From Hypanus sabinus (taxonomy: Eukaryota): DNA of 64,000 nucleotides. The notes below the pieces were generated by a model. The model did not search any database, was not told the DNA's origin, and worked only from the letters and a program-made list of their open reading frames with translations. Numbering within the stretch: position 1 is the first letter of the stretch; each line of letters starts with the position of its first letter. This document shows positions 62,949 through 64,000 of this stretch, one piece after another. A program made the translations under genes and the position numbers. The stretch covers positions 20,584,001 to 20,648,000 of the forward strand of contig NC_082722.1 of assembly GCF_030144855.1 (NCBI RefSeq), read 5' to 3'.

Positions 62949-63016
62949 GGAGGAAAAGGTCTTCGTGAGGAAATGTATTAATTATGTAAACATGACGTAG
63001 GATGACGCCACCGCAA
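62949..63016. promoter_or_regulatory. Candidate proximal promoter motif cluster (ETS, CRE half-sites, RUNX)
   Basis: GAGGAAAT at 62967-62974, TGACGT at 62993-62998, TGACG at 63003-63007 and ACCGCA (TGCGGT on minus) at 63010-63015, 80-130 nt upstream of the ATG. Confidence 0.3.
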
Positions 63017-64000
63017 TGCAGACTAATATGGTTCAGATTCAAAATCTGCCTGGGCAGGTAGGAAAATAGGAACGCTTACAGTTCTAACTGTTTACATCCC
63101 TTCCTAGTGCCTTTGAGATGATGCTGGAAGTTTTGCCCTCTTGCTGAAATCAGGAATTATCCAAATCTTTATTGAGATATAAATTCAAATCTATACTCTA
63201 CAAATCTGTACTGACAGATTTCTTGCTTTTTTTTTCAAAGGAGGCCCCACAATACTCGGGTTCCTTACTCTCTGCTCTGATCAGCTCGCACGAGGAACTC
63301 AGCGAAAAACAGCAGCAAATGCTGTCTGTGATAGAAATAGATTCAGGGTATAGGATTTTGATCACATAAAGAGAGAGCTTAGAGTTCCAACAGCAAGTTA
63401 TACAGTTTAATGATGACAGAGATTCAAAAGTTACTGCGATGAAATCTATAAAGGGCGCATCGAGGAAGCCTCAAATGATTGATTGCAGTTCCGAGGTTCC
63501 ATTTAAAATCCAATAAGCCCGAGCACTGGCGTTACCGGAAATGCTGCTATTTCAATATATATCCTACATTTCCACATAGTAAACGGGAGACAATAGGTTA
63601 GTCCATTGAGCAAAAAAAAAAAATAAGCCAGGTACAGAAAAGAAAAACATTAACACGCACCTTTGTTTCTAACCTGACAGGGCATAAATTGTTATCCATT
63701 TATAAAATGACAACACTGAATATTCAAACCCATTTTAGTTGGCCATGAAACAATACTGAGCTCCCATGTGCTTCCTACGAACGGAGTTAAGATTCTGATT
63801 AACATGCCAAACGCCTCGATAGTTTGAACAGTTATATTTCCGAATTTCCACGAAGCGTTTGGGATGTTATACTGTTTTCACAGAAGCTTTGTCACCGTTA
63901 TTAAGTTGCATCTCCTATCCTCTCAGATCTGAAATGATGTAGCTGTTTGGGAACTAAAGTTGTTCATAGGTGGCATATATTTTGTTTAGTGGATCCCACG

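Overview
Eukaryotic genomic DNA, most likely from a cartilaginous fish (ray/batoid; inferred from its CR1, Rex1, L1, RTE, Penelope, SINE and Gypsy repeat content). The window is dominated by decayed retroelements. One host gene can be assembled on the minus strand from seven phase-compatible GT-AG exons (62888 to 49895): leader, germline-joined V(J) Ig domain, C1-set Ig domain, uncharged transmembrane segment, two small cytoplasmic exons and an ITIM-bearing last exon, giving an open 326-aa predicted inhibitory Ig-superfamily receptor. The last exon and its flanks occur three times (about 50.0, 47.7 and 16.9 kb), and each copy has lost or blocked a second tyrosine motif in a different way. Between the copies lies a decayed endogenous retrovirus (about 36.2-45.4 kb) with ERV-L/ERV-S-like (class III) gag-pro-pol and a gamma-type env, interrupted by an RTE LINE and a short Penelope-derived insert. 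Also present: a near full-length L1, two Gypsy elements, two solo LTRs, several CR1 and Rex1 fragments, a SINE, a minisatellite and a 164-N assembly gap. Most repeat boundaries were estimated by eye; the exon boundaries were read base by base.
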